Assembly (NCBI GenBank): GCA_002633005.1
Contig: NMRA01000246.1
Coordinates: forward strand, 301,856-365,855
Length of the DNA: 64,000 bases
Direction: 5' to 3'
Origin: Phoronis australis
Lineage: Eukaryota > Animalia > Phoronida
Part shown: in pieces, positions 24,901 through 37,294 of the stretch
How positions within the stretch are numbered: position 1 is the first letter of the stretch
Layout of the letters: every line of letters starts with the position of its first letter
Position numbers and translations under genes: made by a program
Notes under the pieces: generated by a model
The model's database searches: none
What the model saw: the letters and a program-made list of their open reading frames with translations, nothing else
Told to the model about the DNA's origin: nothing

Positions 24901-27900
24901 TTACAGTGAAACTAATTAGGTATTCTCTGGATATATCAGTTTGTATTATACATGTATGATTGCTCATTGTCTTAATATAATATGACCTTATATTTTCATT
25001 CATGTTATTGTTTCACTGAAAACTAGCTTCGGAAGCCCCTTTCGGTTGCCCTTCCAGCAAATGTTGCGGAAGAGACTTTATTAGTAATTCTGCTTAACGA
25101 CTTGATTAACAGGTTGCAATGCCGACCAAATGCAGTGTGACACAAATCGGTGCATCTCATTGACTTGGAAGTGTGACGGGGCGAGAGACTGCGCCGATGG
25201 GAAAGACGAACAACATTGCCAAAGTATGAAACAATTACTTCCGTTAATACCACATGAAATTAAATTTAAAAAAAGTAATAGGCAAATATTACTTTTCCCC
25301 TTTTTGATTCCCGAAATTTCCTTTTAGAATACAGGAAAAAAGTGAAGACATACTACCGCTAACTTGAACACTTTATCCGCCAGTCTCTCTTCGAAAGGTA
25401 CTGACTCCATCATGCGTTCACATAACACATCGGATGATTCCTCATATAAAGAAAGTATAGTATCTACAATGCGACATATTTCTTTTGTTACTCATTTCTA
25501 GCTATTTGACGTTTATGTATATGGACTGGAGGTAGGAGTATTAAAGCTGTATTCACTTCCGTCTACAGTAGCTTTTGTCCGTAAGAACGTGTACCATAAA
25601 ACGACTTGCTCACCACGTGCACTTTGTCCGCGGGACTGTGTCAAGTGAGTTTTAGTCAGAAATTTAGTTTTACGCTCCACAATATTTTTTAGAAGTAAAT
25701 AAATCTCCCTTGATCAAAACAGCCTATTCTCAGAGAATGCACACATAACCGAGTTTGGATCATTGGTCTAAATGAATCAAATTCACAACTTACGTCTATT
25801 ACTGTAAACTGTTGAGGAACGAATTTCATGAACATATTTCTCAATGTTTTACAAGCTATTAATCAAAAAATACCCAAATGGAATATTTCCAGCTTTCGAT
25901 TCAAAAGCCGGCACGTTCGAAGTGATGGTTTCCAGCCATAGTGCACTTTCTCTAATATAAGATGGTATCCAAAGTATAAAATTGTTTCTAAAATGCTGTA
26001 AATAAATGAGCAATAATTGTTTAAATAAGAATATCATACTGGACACCGGATTCGTATGTTATCTCGCGCAGTTTTGCCATGTGGCGAAAGCGCAGGTAAC
26101 ATGCTCTCCAAGTGCAAAAATTATCTTATTTCCGAATGTTACTGCGCAACTTTCTGTGAGAACATTTTACTCTAATGAATGCGACAATAGAAAATCAGCT
26201 AACAATTTACACCTCAATTTTCACATTTAAGGGTAAGAAATATTTCAGTGCAACCAACCGGCAAATTATGAATGTGAGTATATTCAGAGTTGTTTATTCT
26301 GATTTGATGTCGATGTGTATCGTTTTCATACATTTATACATTTAGATGTTAAGCCAACGAAAAAGAGTTGCCTCAAAGGCCAGTTCCAATGCACGTCTTC
26401 CGAAAAATGCATAACGATCGGGTGGCGATGTGATGGAAATAGCGATTGTGACGATAACTCGGATGAACTGAATTGTGGCAAAGTTGGTAAGTAAATGTAA
26501 ACACAAATATGTACTAGTACAACGGACATTCCAAAGTGCTGTTAGCGCAAAGATTCTGTAGTCATAACGAAGAATCAAATCGAATACACCCGTTGAAAAA
26601 CCTGTCTATTTTGCATTCTTAGCCAATGTGAGAGCGTAATGTTTCATTTTGCAATTCACCCTCCCGTGGTGCGTCAAAGGTTTGCCGCCACTCAGTCTCC
26701 ATCAGCTGTAGTGAAGGGTTGAGCAATGCATCCTCCACTCAGATTTACAACACCCGATGTCCGAGGTGCCTACATGTATGTATAACATTGGCCACGTGGG
26801 TATTTCAGGCTATTGTTTCGCTCATTAGTTACTCCGGCGATAAAATATTTCAATATTGATTCTTTGTGCTTTTCAGCAACAACAACACACAAAATAACAA
26901 CACGACAAAGGACACTGAATCCAACAGATACTACAACAGCACCGACTGTATCACCGAAAAAGTTGACAACGAAGACAAAAACTCAACAGCCATCAACAAG
27001 TGGAACCCCAGCAAAGTTTGTTGCAACAAAAACAACGGAACATACGATGTCGACTCCAATTGTTGCCACTAAGACAAAAACCTCAGCACCATGTCCTCCG
27101 CTAACTATCGCTTGTCGCAATGGGGCCTGTGTCTACCCCCACTGGATGTGTGACGGCATCAATGACTGTGGTGACAACAGTGACGAGGAAAACTGCATAA
27201 CAGACAAAACAAAGTTAACAACGCCAACAACATTACCTCCACGAACAACGACTACAACAATAACAATGACGGCAGCCAAAACAACAGTATTTTCAACAAA
27301 AACAACACCGTTACGAACAAAAATAAAAACAAAACCATCATTACCAACAACAAAAATGGCAACACCAACACGACAAGCAGTGACGTCAGTACCATCATCA
27401 CCTGCCAGCACAACTATTACTTTTTCCACAACATCAAGTTGTAAGTCATACGAATATAGTTGTGGCAATGGACGCTGTATATTTACCACATGGAGATGCG
27501 ATGGTTTCAATGACTGTGGGGATTTCAGCGACGAGTCTGGATGCAGTAATCCGGTTACCACACGTTTATCTCAGGTTTCAACCAAATCTTCACCGACGAT
27601 GACGAAGACGACGACGTCAAGTTTGACCCAAACAGTGCCACCGCACTGTCCTGGTGGTCGTTTTGCATGTAAAGTACTAGGGCACGTAGCATGTATACCT
27701 CGAGATTGGACGTGCGATAATGAATACGATTGTGATGATGGAGTGGATGAAACTTCGTGTGGCGGTGAGTTTACAGACGTATTTGGACTTTACTGTTTGG
27801 GGGTACCTGATATGCATGACGTGCAGACTTGCCAAATTTCATCAACCTACGTCGAAATGCACCTAAAGGTCGATTTCTTAAATTCCTATCTCCAGGCGGA

Positions 27901-30900
27901 ATGGGGGGCTCAGAAACGACCAAAACAACTTTAAGAGTTACGCACACATTTTCCCATTGAGAAATAGTGTTGTTACGCCTGCGACATTTTAGATCCGGCA
28001 GTAAATACTTGTGGTTGAGAAAAACTACCCACAGAATATGCCGATTGAGAGAAGAATGCCGGCTTTCGGTATTACTAATTTCAACTTGGATGTCTAATGA
28101 AGCAAAGCACCTTTCCAGACCAATGGTAAAATAAGGGGATCGTTCAGTAGACCAAGTTCCTTCTAGAAAAATAAGACCTCGCACCACCTTGCAAATCATT
28201 GAGATGAAAACCAAGTGCTTCACGAGTATCAGGATCAGGAGCTGATAAGCCTATCCTAACGAAATGGCGGCCAGTGAATTGACTCGACTGGCAGGATGGA
28301 GAGTTGACTTGTGGACACTGAATTCACGCTTTCCGTTTTTAAGCAAATATTTTTCACAGCAAGTGCAAGATAATACAAAACCATAAAAAATCATGAGGGT
28401 AGTAAAAACGGTCCATGCCGCACCGTAGGCATTAGACCTGGAAGCCTCATGGAAGTCGAGTTATCTTTCGAGGATTTGAGGATCTCTCAGAAACAATGTT
28501 GGGAATACAAATGTGACAACTTAAATTCTGGTGCATTCCAATCTTTGCCTATTTCGGTTTTAGCGTTTGAATTAATCACGTACTTTGAAGACACTGAAAT
28601 CTGCCAGTAAAACGTAAAGGTCAATTCGTTAAAAATAAAATGTTACAGATTAATCTGCTCAGGTAGGGTCTCACGAAAACTCTGTACTTCTTAAATAACG
28701 CTTTTAAACAATAATCTTCACTGAAAAGAAATTCTGTAAATTGTCGGATAAAAATATCGACAACTTTTCTATTTTTATGACAACATAGTTTTCCAAAACT
28801 TCCATTTACCCGATTTTGGCCAATGTTGTAGAATGGCTTTCATTTTTGAGCCGTTTCTCTTGATGCGGTGAGATTTCATTTGGCAATTTGGCAATTTTAC
28901 CTACTTCCTCCGCACTGAGATCTTCTTTTAATCAAATTCATCTCTCATCTATACGTTTCGCTGACGATTAGGTTTCTATAATGTCTTTAAGTGCTTATGC
29001 CATTGGATAACGTGCTATCAGAATTTTTACTGTCTTGATCGAAATTTCTATATTTTGCCTGAATCTGGGGGAGGGGGGTAATTGCCTCTGCCCGACCCCA
29101 CCTAATACACCTGTGGTTGATTTTATTGTGGCAATAGACTATTTCTGGCACAAGAGCATGCGCAGAAACCAAACGCATTCCCGCGAAATGGAGCAATTTC
29201 ATTGTGACGGGGGCAAATGACAATACACGGGTGCCCATACGCACCTAAAAATACTGAAGCTCCTCTAGATGCCTCGTATTCCTGCGAGATGAACTCACGT
29301 GCACAGTGACTGCCTTACAACACATTGTGAAACGGCATTACGAAGGCAGGTCGGACCTCTTCGTCTGATCTGCCCTCAGAAAATATTACGTGTGGACGTG
29401 TGCCTGCAGTCTAAATGGGCTTCTGGTAGTCCGACCCCGAAATCAAGCTGCACATCGTTCTTCTTACCCCTGAAAACCCGATGACGTGATTTATCAGAAT
29501 ACGGGCAATATACGCATTGATAGGGAACCTTGGTAAACGCTTGCTTTTTGCGTCCCATCTGCTTTCTAAACAGACTTCAAATATCTGCTTTGATGAGAAA
29601 TCTACATATGGTACAGGTGTTAAAGATTTACATCATACGAGACTTCGATATCTGTTTTTTTTCTCGGCACGTGCAGAAACAACGACGACAGCTGCCACAA
29701 CACGTTTCATTGTTTCTTGCAAAGAAGGCCAGTTCAAGTGCAAGATACGCAGAGAGTGGCGCTGCATTTCTGGCTCCTTAGTTTGTAACGGATTCATTGA
29801 TTGTCATGACGGCACAGATGAGCTCTTTTGCGGTGAGTAACGCAAATGGCTAAATGATTGTTTTGTGGCTACACGATCACTAACACTCCTGTCGTCAGAT
29901 TACCTGAACCATGGAACGACAACTTCCGTTATAAAGGAGAATTGACGAATTTTAGTACGGAACACACGGGGTTGACTGAATAAAGGTTATTCATGAAGTG
30001 AAGTTAGTTTTATCCCAATAATCTTGGCTGATGATTAGAATTAAAGCTTTAATTGCAGTAATTTGAAGACTTTCTCGTTCTTTACATAATAAAGTCGGTT
30101 GACTTGTTACAAAAATTCAATCCGATAGCTAATCCGTGTTTCAAGAGATTTATAATGTGACGACTGACATAAAAAATTTAAATTCAGACACTTGAAGGAA
30201 TCAGTGCGTAGTCAAAGCCATCGTTTGACTGATGAAGTTTGGTTACTTACTCTGTATGAGCTATTTATCACGCTTGGATACTTGTTCGGCAAGCACCCCG
30301 AGATATAGTAGACTAGGTGTCAACAGGCCCCTTTCCAGAGAAATAAAGGAGAGTTGAATTGTTGTAATGCTCCTTTACATGACGTAATGATGCAAAGTTA
30401 CAGCATCTGGCAAGATGGCCATAGAAAAAAAATCATCAAATGAATAACAAGGCATAGACAAAGCTAAACTAACGAACAAAAACGGAAAAATCCTCTAATG
30501 ACACACTATGTTTAAACTTCCGTCTGATTTTATCCAGAATTTCCAGGATAACGTCAGTAAAAGGAGTCGAATTTTTGTAAGGTTAATTCCAATTGCAAAC
30601 TGATATTACCACACTGAGGTAATACTTGAAATTTAAGCATGTAATTTCCACAAGCTGCTGCTAAAATGAAATTGTTTTGAGCGGTCGCGCTTGTGTAACG
30701 ATGCCCAGCTTAGCAGAAGAAATGGCTGTAAGCCCAAGGAGTATGGCAACTTTTATCTACTGACAGTAACACAATGTTCTCATGCAATCTACAGGTACTC
30801 GTGCGTCATCGTCGACGATATCGTCATTTCCTGGACTGTCAACTTTTACAGCTGCAAAGATGACAACTCCTGGGACGTTATCGACAAAACCGATATCTTC

Positions 30901-33900
30901 ACTTAAGTCGACTTTCACGACTGTAAAGCTCCACACTTCTCAAACTACACAATTGTTATCAAAATCAGCCTCATCGCCAGCTACAACAAAAATAGCTGCT
31001 ACGGTTCAAGCAACTCCAAAAAAACCAACACTCAAAATACCAACGCCAACAAAAACGACCACAACCAAGAAAGTAAGGAACACCACACTTACATCCGTAA
31101 AACAGATTTCAACCACTACAAAACGTGGATGCTTCCCGAATGACTTCATATGCGAATCAAGAAAGGACTGTATACCCATGTTTCTAATTTGTGACGGAAG
31201 GAACGATTGTCCTGATGGCAGTGACGAAAAAGAGGAAAATTGCAAAGGTGAGACCGAAATGTACTGCTCTATCCAAATGATTCTGTACTTCAATTTCACG
31301 AGGCTGTGATGAACATTAACTTCCTATTTGTATTGTAACCAAGGATATCGTGAAATAACAAACCTTTAACTGCCATAGCAACAACTAGATTTACTATCAA
31401 AGAAAATTGAGAATTAACAAAAAAGTGCTGTGGAGCAACCGAGCTTCAATGCAAGGGGCCTGCCCAACAGTTATGGCTTCGGATACCCTTCTCAAATTGT
31501 CCATGCCGTATATGAGGGCAACAATCTTTTATCTCGGCAAGGACGGATTTAGCGCACATTTTGTGTTGGCTTATAATTTCACGCTTAGAAGTATGGAGGT
31601 GCTCTAGTTACAGAGTCGCTTGGTTAGTGTGAAACCTCAATCAAACGACCTTCTCAGGTGTTTCACGAAACTGATGTTAGCGCAGAAAGTAAAGTTGTTT
31701 AAAATGAAATTAAGATAAATGACTGATTGGTGACGAATTACAGAAACACAGTTTCTGATTCAAGGTAATCCCGTGAAATCATTGACTGATTTGTAATAAT
31801 AAAAACATAGCCGCACTCTTTTAGTAGTTTCTTTGTTTGTGTTTCTTGTTGCGTCATCGCAATAACCATCTTACTGTTTAGCTCCCGAAACTTGTGGTAC
31901 ACCTGTTATCCCGCCGACAAGCGGAAGGAAACGAATAGTCGGCGGACGAGTTGCCATTCCAGGCAGTTGGCCGTGGATGGCAACATTGAGACTAAAAATT
32001 CCACAAAGAGGCCATATGTGCGGTGCTACACTAATAAGTCCACGATGGTTGCTCACAGCTACCCATTGCTTTGCAGGGTAGGTTTGAATTCTTTTATCTG
32101 CTTCATTTGGTTCTGATCCATCTGATTTGTAAGCATACAGTGTACCAAACACGGCAATGCATCTGAAAAAGAATGAACATGCCTGAATTCGTCAGCTGTT
32201 AAATCTATGGGGAAAGAGTTGGAGGGTAGGCCTACAGCGCGCCGGTCACATTGTTATAATTTTGTACAGTTCGACTGTTAGTGTTAAGCAGTTGGGTGTA
32301 GTTGCCATGTCGTGAAACTAAAACTTGATCTTCAAAGAGATTGCTAATCCTGTTGTAGTGATTCCACCAACTTGTGGTTCTTCTGACTTATGTCCCTTCA
32401 TAGGAAAGAATCACGTGTAACTGGTTCATTGTGTATTGACAAACAATCTCAGGGACACAATACCGAGTTCATTGCTTAAATTTCTTCTGTACTTACTCAA
32501 GCATATTGGGTTCTGGCAGGCATGTACCACCAGAACAACTCAGCGGCGATGCCTCCTAATACCAAGATTACACTGTAGCCACTAGTTCCCGTATTTATTT
32601 GGTTTGAACTGATATTTTGCTACCTAATAGTTTTCAAAGAAATTCGGAGAATATCTACCTGCACAAGTGTTACGGAATATTCCTGGAGTATGTTCTGTAG
32701 ATCACAAGCCATTGAGGCAAGCGCAGACGAAGAGCTACGAGCCTCGATTGAAAATTATTACAGTTCATGACTCTCTGCCTTATGAGCCGCGAATAGTTTG
32801 CCTTGCGACGCGTTGAGGGGAATGTCTCGGTCATTGGCTTTCCTTTGCATGGCGTGTGTCTGGTGAGCTCAGTACTTAGCCGATTACCTCCGACAGCCAA
32901 TGATGAAAAGTAATTATTATATCACTTGATAATAAGAAATCTTGCTGGCTCATTGCAATCGCTGTTGACTGCAGTCGAAATTAATAGGCCAGCTGGCAGT
33001 GTGCGGGATAGAGCTGAGCCATAAGTTACTTGGGGACATCAGCTCAGCTCGAAAGTTCTAGTCCGTACCCATTATAAGCTTGCAAAAATCTTCAAGTATG
33101 GTCCGAAACCAATAAATTCAATCTCTGAATTGTGAGGTTTTGATTCTCTGGCAAGTTACTTGCTCTAAGGAATAGAAACCTGTTAACGTGTAACGATAAC
33201 CAAAGAAATTTGATTTTCAGCAAGTACGTGCATCCGTGGAGATGGACAGTTCACTTAAGCAAGATCACACGGGATGGAATCTCATCTACTGAACAAGTAT
33301 TTGAACCCAAGGTGATCTTTACTCATGATGACTACGATCCATTGACGTCAGTAAACGACATCGCATTGGTCAAGCTCCACAAGCCAGTCAGAATGAACGC
33401 AAGAGTCTCTCCGGTCTGCTTACCTGGCGAAGTCAGTCAACCGGTCACTGCTGGGCAGCGCTGTTTCGTGGCAGGCTTTGGAGAAACTCGAGGTATAAGC
33501 ATTTTCAACTTTGGAGGCGAGTCCCAGTTAAAGACACTGAAGCATTTTCGAACAGTCTCAACTGTACTGAAATTTGAGATCAGGGTTAGTGGGTACTGGT
33601 TAAACAAAATTCTACGTTTTGCAGATTCAATAATCTACCATCTTAGTCCACTGCTAATTGCCCATTAGTGTCTCACTCGAGTGATATACACGTAAACGAT
33701 GTCCAACTAAAACACACACGGTAATCACTGTACTATAGGATGGGTCCTGTGGTTTCGGTGTGCAGCCTTTCCTCAAAGTTGTCATATAACTTTCCTTAAG
33801 CGTTTATCATGCTTGCATAGCCAGTTAAGAACTTTCGAGAACTGAAGGCTAATTACCATGTAAGAGCTACTAGTAGCGCAAGCAATTTGGTTGTATTGAA

Positions 33901-36900
33901 TTTGTGTGTAGGTTGACAGAACCAATACCTGTGAGGACAGGTCCGTTTGGTAGGAGACCTTAGTTAACACAAACTTGATTAAAAACACGACTAAATTTTC
34001 TGTTACGTGCACTGTAGCTTTACAGTCTCGTATTCTCTGTACTGTTTCCGATTATCAGGTGTACAGTTATGAGGCAAATTGCCCATTGACATGTGTCATC
34101 ACCGGGCTCACCAGTAAAATGTACATAGTAGAAACGAAAACAACTGTGACATCAGGTAGATAAGCGTACAGAGGGTGTGAATACGACATGCGATGGTAAG
34201 CCTACAGGCCGCTAGAGGAACAACGTGCGGTACTCTGTGAGCTGCACTCTCATCACATGTCTTTCACCTCTGATCAACTTAGACTCTTCAACCGTTTGAT
34301 GGGACATTTTCTGCATTGCGAATAGTGTCACCGTCTACTACATGTATGTCTTTCCTGTTCATTTTCCGGACATGCCGATGTTAGACTGAAATGGGTTTTT
34401 AATGGATCCATCCTGCATTTGACAATTACCCACATGAAGAGAGCCTGCCGTGTCCATTGTTCATGAAAATTATTACAAAAACACTCATCTAAGCGGCATG
34501 TAAATATCCATAAACAACGTTACATCTGGGCGGCCACTGGTCGCATGCAGTCTTCCCCGATTGGGGTTAATCATTGGTTTCATAACGAGGTTACATGGCC
34601 TTATGTTTTGATAGTAAGTAGACATCCAGTATAACCCTGTTAGATGACCTCTAACAATCTTTGTAATACGTTCATCAATCAGATAATTATTAGACATGCA
34701 GTTCTTACACAAGCTGTAATGGATTTAATCCTTGGTTTAGAGTCAACATGAGAGTCAATCCTAGAAATAAAGGACTTAACACGATTGTTAACTAAAGAGC
34801 GTAACCACTATTTACTAGAACTTCGTTTCATGCGTAGAGTTTTGACGTTAAATGCACTCCAATCAAATGATACTTGGTGCTCTCTCTTGAGGCAACTGGC
34901 CAAAACATTAATTTGTAACGTTCGGTGTAGGCCTAATCACTTTTGCCATGCAAACAAACATCAATACAGATTCAGGTATGTGAAAAATCATAGAACTCTA
35001 GCAGAAGCACAAATCCCACGTTCAGAATGGACATCGAAAAAGACACTTTCTCACTGACACAAATTGAAACGACCTATTCTAAGTAGCACTGGCATACTTC
35101 AAATAGCCTCTGACCATGTGCTTAGACTTGGCGGCATACAGATGTATGTGTCAGGAATAAAGCGACTGGATGTCTGTCGTCTTCCCGGAAATCGTAGCAC
35201 ATCCTCCACGTAAGAGTTGTCATTTCAATCCATGTATCCTAAAAGCCTATGAGTTCATCATCGTTTGGGATATATAATGATATGTTCTTTTGGTATTTTT
35301 AACTTAAACATATATTGAAGTGACAACGAATAACTGAATTGTATATGTACTCGTCTCTTTAATCCAACAGGTACAGGTGGCGAGGGCCTCTTGAAGCAAA
35401 CAACTTTACGAATAATGGGGGTTCACCAATGTAACAACACAAGGCGCTATAACGGAAGGATTTTAGGAAAGATGTTTTGTGCTGAGGACAGGGTTGGAAA
35501 AAGCGATGCGTGCCAAGTAAGTCTTCCGGTTTGTGAAATTTATCTGCGTTTCTAGATGTCTAGAAAAAATGTACGCCAAAGAATTCACAAAAACAACTGA
35601 ATCATACACATTATTGACGATCAATAGGCAGGTTTGACTCTAAAATCTTTCTTTTCGTTCTTGAGAAAACGGGAACTTCGAGAATCTTAGTTGTTAATAT
35701 CAGTGATAATAAACTGTTGTTTTTGTCATTACGCTGCGGTTCTTATCTGATTGTTATCTCCCTCTTTTTGTACTGCACGTTATTTCTTAAAGTAAACATC
35801 TTAAAAACGTGAGATTTTGTTATTGCATTTGCACATGCAAGTTTCCGTAGTGCTAATTTGTTACTTAGACAACATAAAATGCACAAGATCTTTGAAATTG
35901 GTCTCCTACAACGTAAAATATCTCAGAGATTTCGCTGTATTAATAATTTAACTTAACACATATTAAAATTTCAAGCCCTTAACAAAGGCAATAAATGCAT
36001 TGAAATTTAAAATGAAAAAGTGTCTCATCGGTTTGCACTTGATGCTCTTTGAATGTCAGAGTGGTTGATTGTGAAGTACATGTAATATTTTCTGTTCAAA
36101 TTTTGTAGCGACATCTATTGCAGAATAAGTAACACTGACACTTAAATCTGTGAATGTTTTTCATTATGTGCTTGCTATAGTATAGAACTATCAACCCCTT
36201 GACATGATTAAAATATGAAATAATCCTTATCTATCAAGGTTTTATTTTATCTACTTATCACTCAAACGATTCTCAAATTATCTTTAAACATATAAATGAC
36301 ATAAAAATAAACATCCAACAGCTGGAGAACTGAACTTTTCACGCATGGTAGGTGTCATTTTCTTTTGATATTTCGACTCAATTTTGGATGAAACATGTGA
36401 ATTAAAAACTGAAACCTTTCACCCGACTTTAATAAAAATTCATCTGCCGGTTTCGAGCTCGTGAACAAGAACTTCATCTATTTTTAGCCTGTCACTTAAC
36501 CATTGCGCCACGAAGGCAAAAGAAAGCAAATGGTCTAGTTGTTTTTTGTGATTTAACCATATATTTAATCACACCAAAAAGCAGTTGCAGATCAGAACTG
36601 TCTTAATTAAATTTTACTACACTTAAAATTTAAAAACACAGCTGTTTTTCAAGTTCTTACTTGGGCAAATTAAATTGATAAAAAAGTTATCAACAAATTT
36701 CAATATAATTTTGAACCAAATTCCCTTCAATGGTGATCTTGAAACGAATGACTATACTAGCCCAGTGTAAATAAATGGTAACATCACCCTGTACTAGTCA
36801 GTTTCGCAGATAAATTGATAAAATTAGAATTTAATATATCAATCGTAATCTGCGTAACATGAAACCATTAAGCTTTACATGTAATTCACTGTACAATGAA

Positions 36901-37161
36901 TGAAATAATAAAATCATTGTAATGATTTTCTGTTGTTTTACTGTCGATTTTTGTAGCTGTTATTCGTCTTTGTGTTCGTATGCATATTTATTCCAGGGCG
37001 ACAGTGGAGGTGGCTTTTTCTGCAAGGACCAAAACCACCAGTTCGTGCTTCGTGGAGTGACGTCATGGGGAGAGGGATGCGCAAGTCCAGATAAACCTGG
37101 GGTGTACACTGACGTTCATAAATACATGGATTGGATAACAGCAACAATAAGAGCAAATTGA
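21903..37161 (+). CDS. Gene 2: secreted modular serine protease, SP-SUEL(Gal_lectin)-7xLDLa with Thr-rich mucin linkers-trypsin, ~957 aa, 11 exons
   Basis: Exons: 21903-21975 ([23 protein letters not shown] signal), 22529-22801 (SUEL), 25113-25223, 26346-26486, 26877-27764 (3 LDLa plus mucin), 29677-29832, 30795-31247, 31882-32077 (CG..RKR|IVGG, TATHC), 33221-33492 (NDIAL), 35371-35516 (SDACQ), 36997-37161 (GDSGGG..TGA). GT-AG junctions, compatible phases, 2874 nt in frame. Confidence 0.88.
22529..22801 (+). CDS. Gene 2 exon 2: SUEL-type / rhamnose-binding lectin domain (not in the ORF track)
   Basis: Translates [91 protein letters not shown]. It has 8 Cys, the CE start, ANWG (cf. ANYGR) and GDNCPG..KYL.VSY.C (cf. 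GDPCxGTxKYLxVxYxC). Phase 1-1 exon bounded by tacag and gtaggt. Confidence 0.88.
23390..23505 (-). repeat. Dispersed repeat family A, copy 3
   Basis: Reverse complement reads caaccctcaaaattttggagcgaaatttgtaaactccttacaaagtctgctaaacgagcaagc, matching 1131-1193. Confidence 0.6.
24181..24940. repeat. 60-bp tandem minisatellite, 12 units plus a degenerate unit, in gene 2 intron 2
   Basis: Unit ttgtcatgtaacctattatgtattccctgtcgatattagtgagcacattgtcacccacgt; the period equals the 60-nt line length. Confidence 0.97.
32718..33068. mobile_element. MITE sharing termini with 42478-42546
   Basis: agcgcagacgaagagctacg at the left end and agctcagctc near the right end occur in both copies. Confidence 0.45.
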
Positions 37162-37288
37162 TCAATTGAAATTGAAATGCCTTTGACTTCAAACCGGCCA
37201 ATTCTGAAAATGCTGTTTAACATACGTCTATTGTCTTATTATGGAAGCGTTGCTTTTTCTATAGGATGTGGCAACTTGCTTCTTCCAC

Positions 37289-37294
37289 AATAAA
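37289..37294 (+). promoter_or_regulatory. Candidate polyadenylation signal of gene 2
   Basis: AATAAA about 130 nt after the stop at 37161. Confidence 0.45.

Noticed and set aside
24181-24940. CRISPR-like regular repeat array
   Set aside because: No unique spacers; it is a contiguous 60-bp tandem in a eukaryotic intron with no cas genes.
27133-27561. 142-aa Val-rich antisense ORF
   Set aside because: Shadow of the ACA/ACN-rich mucin exon of gene 2.
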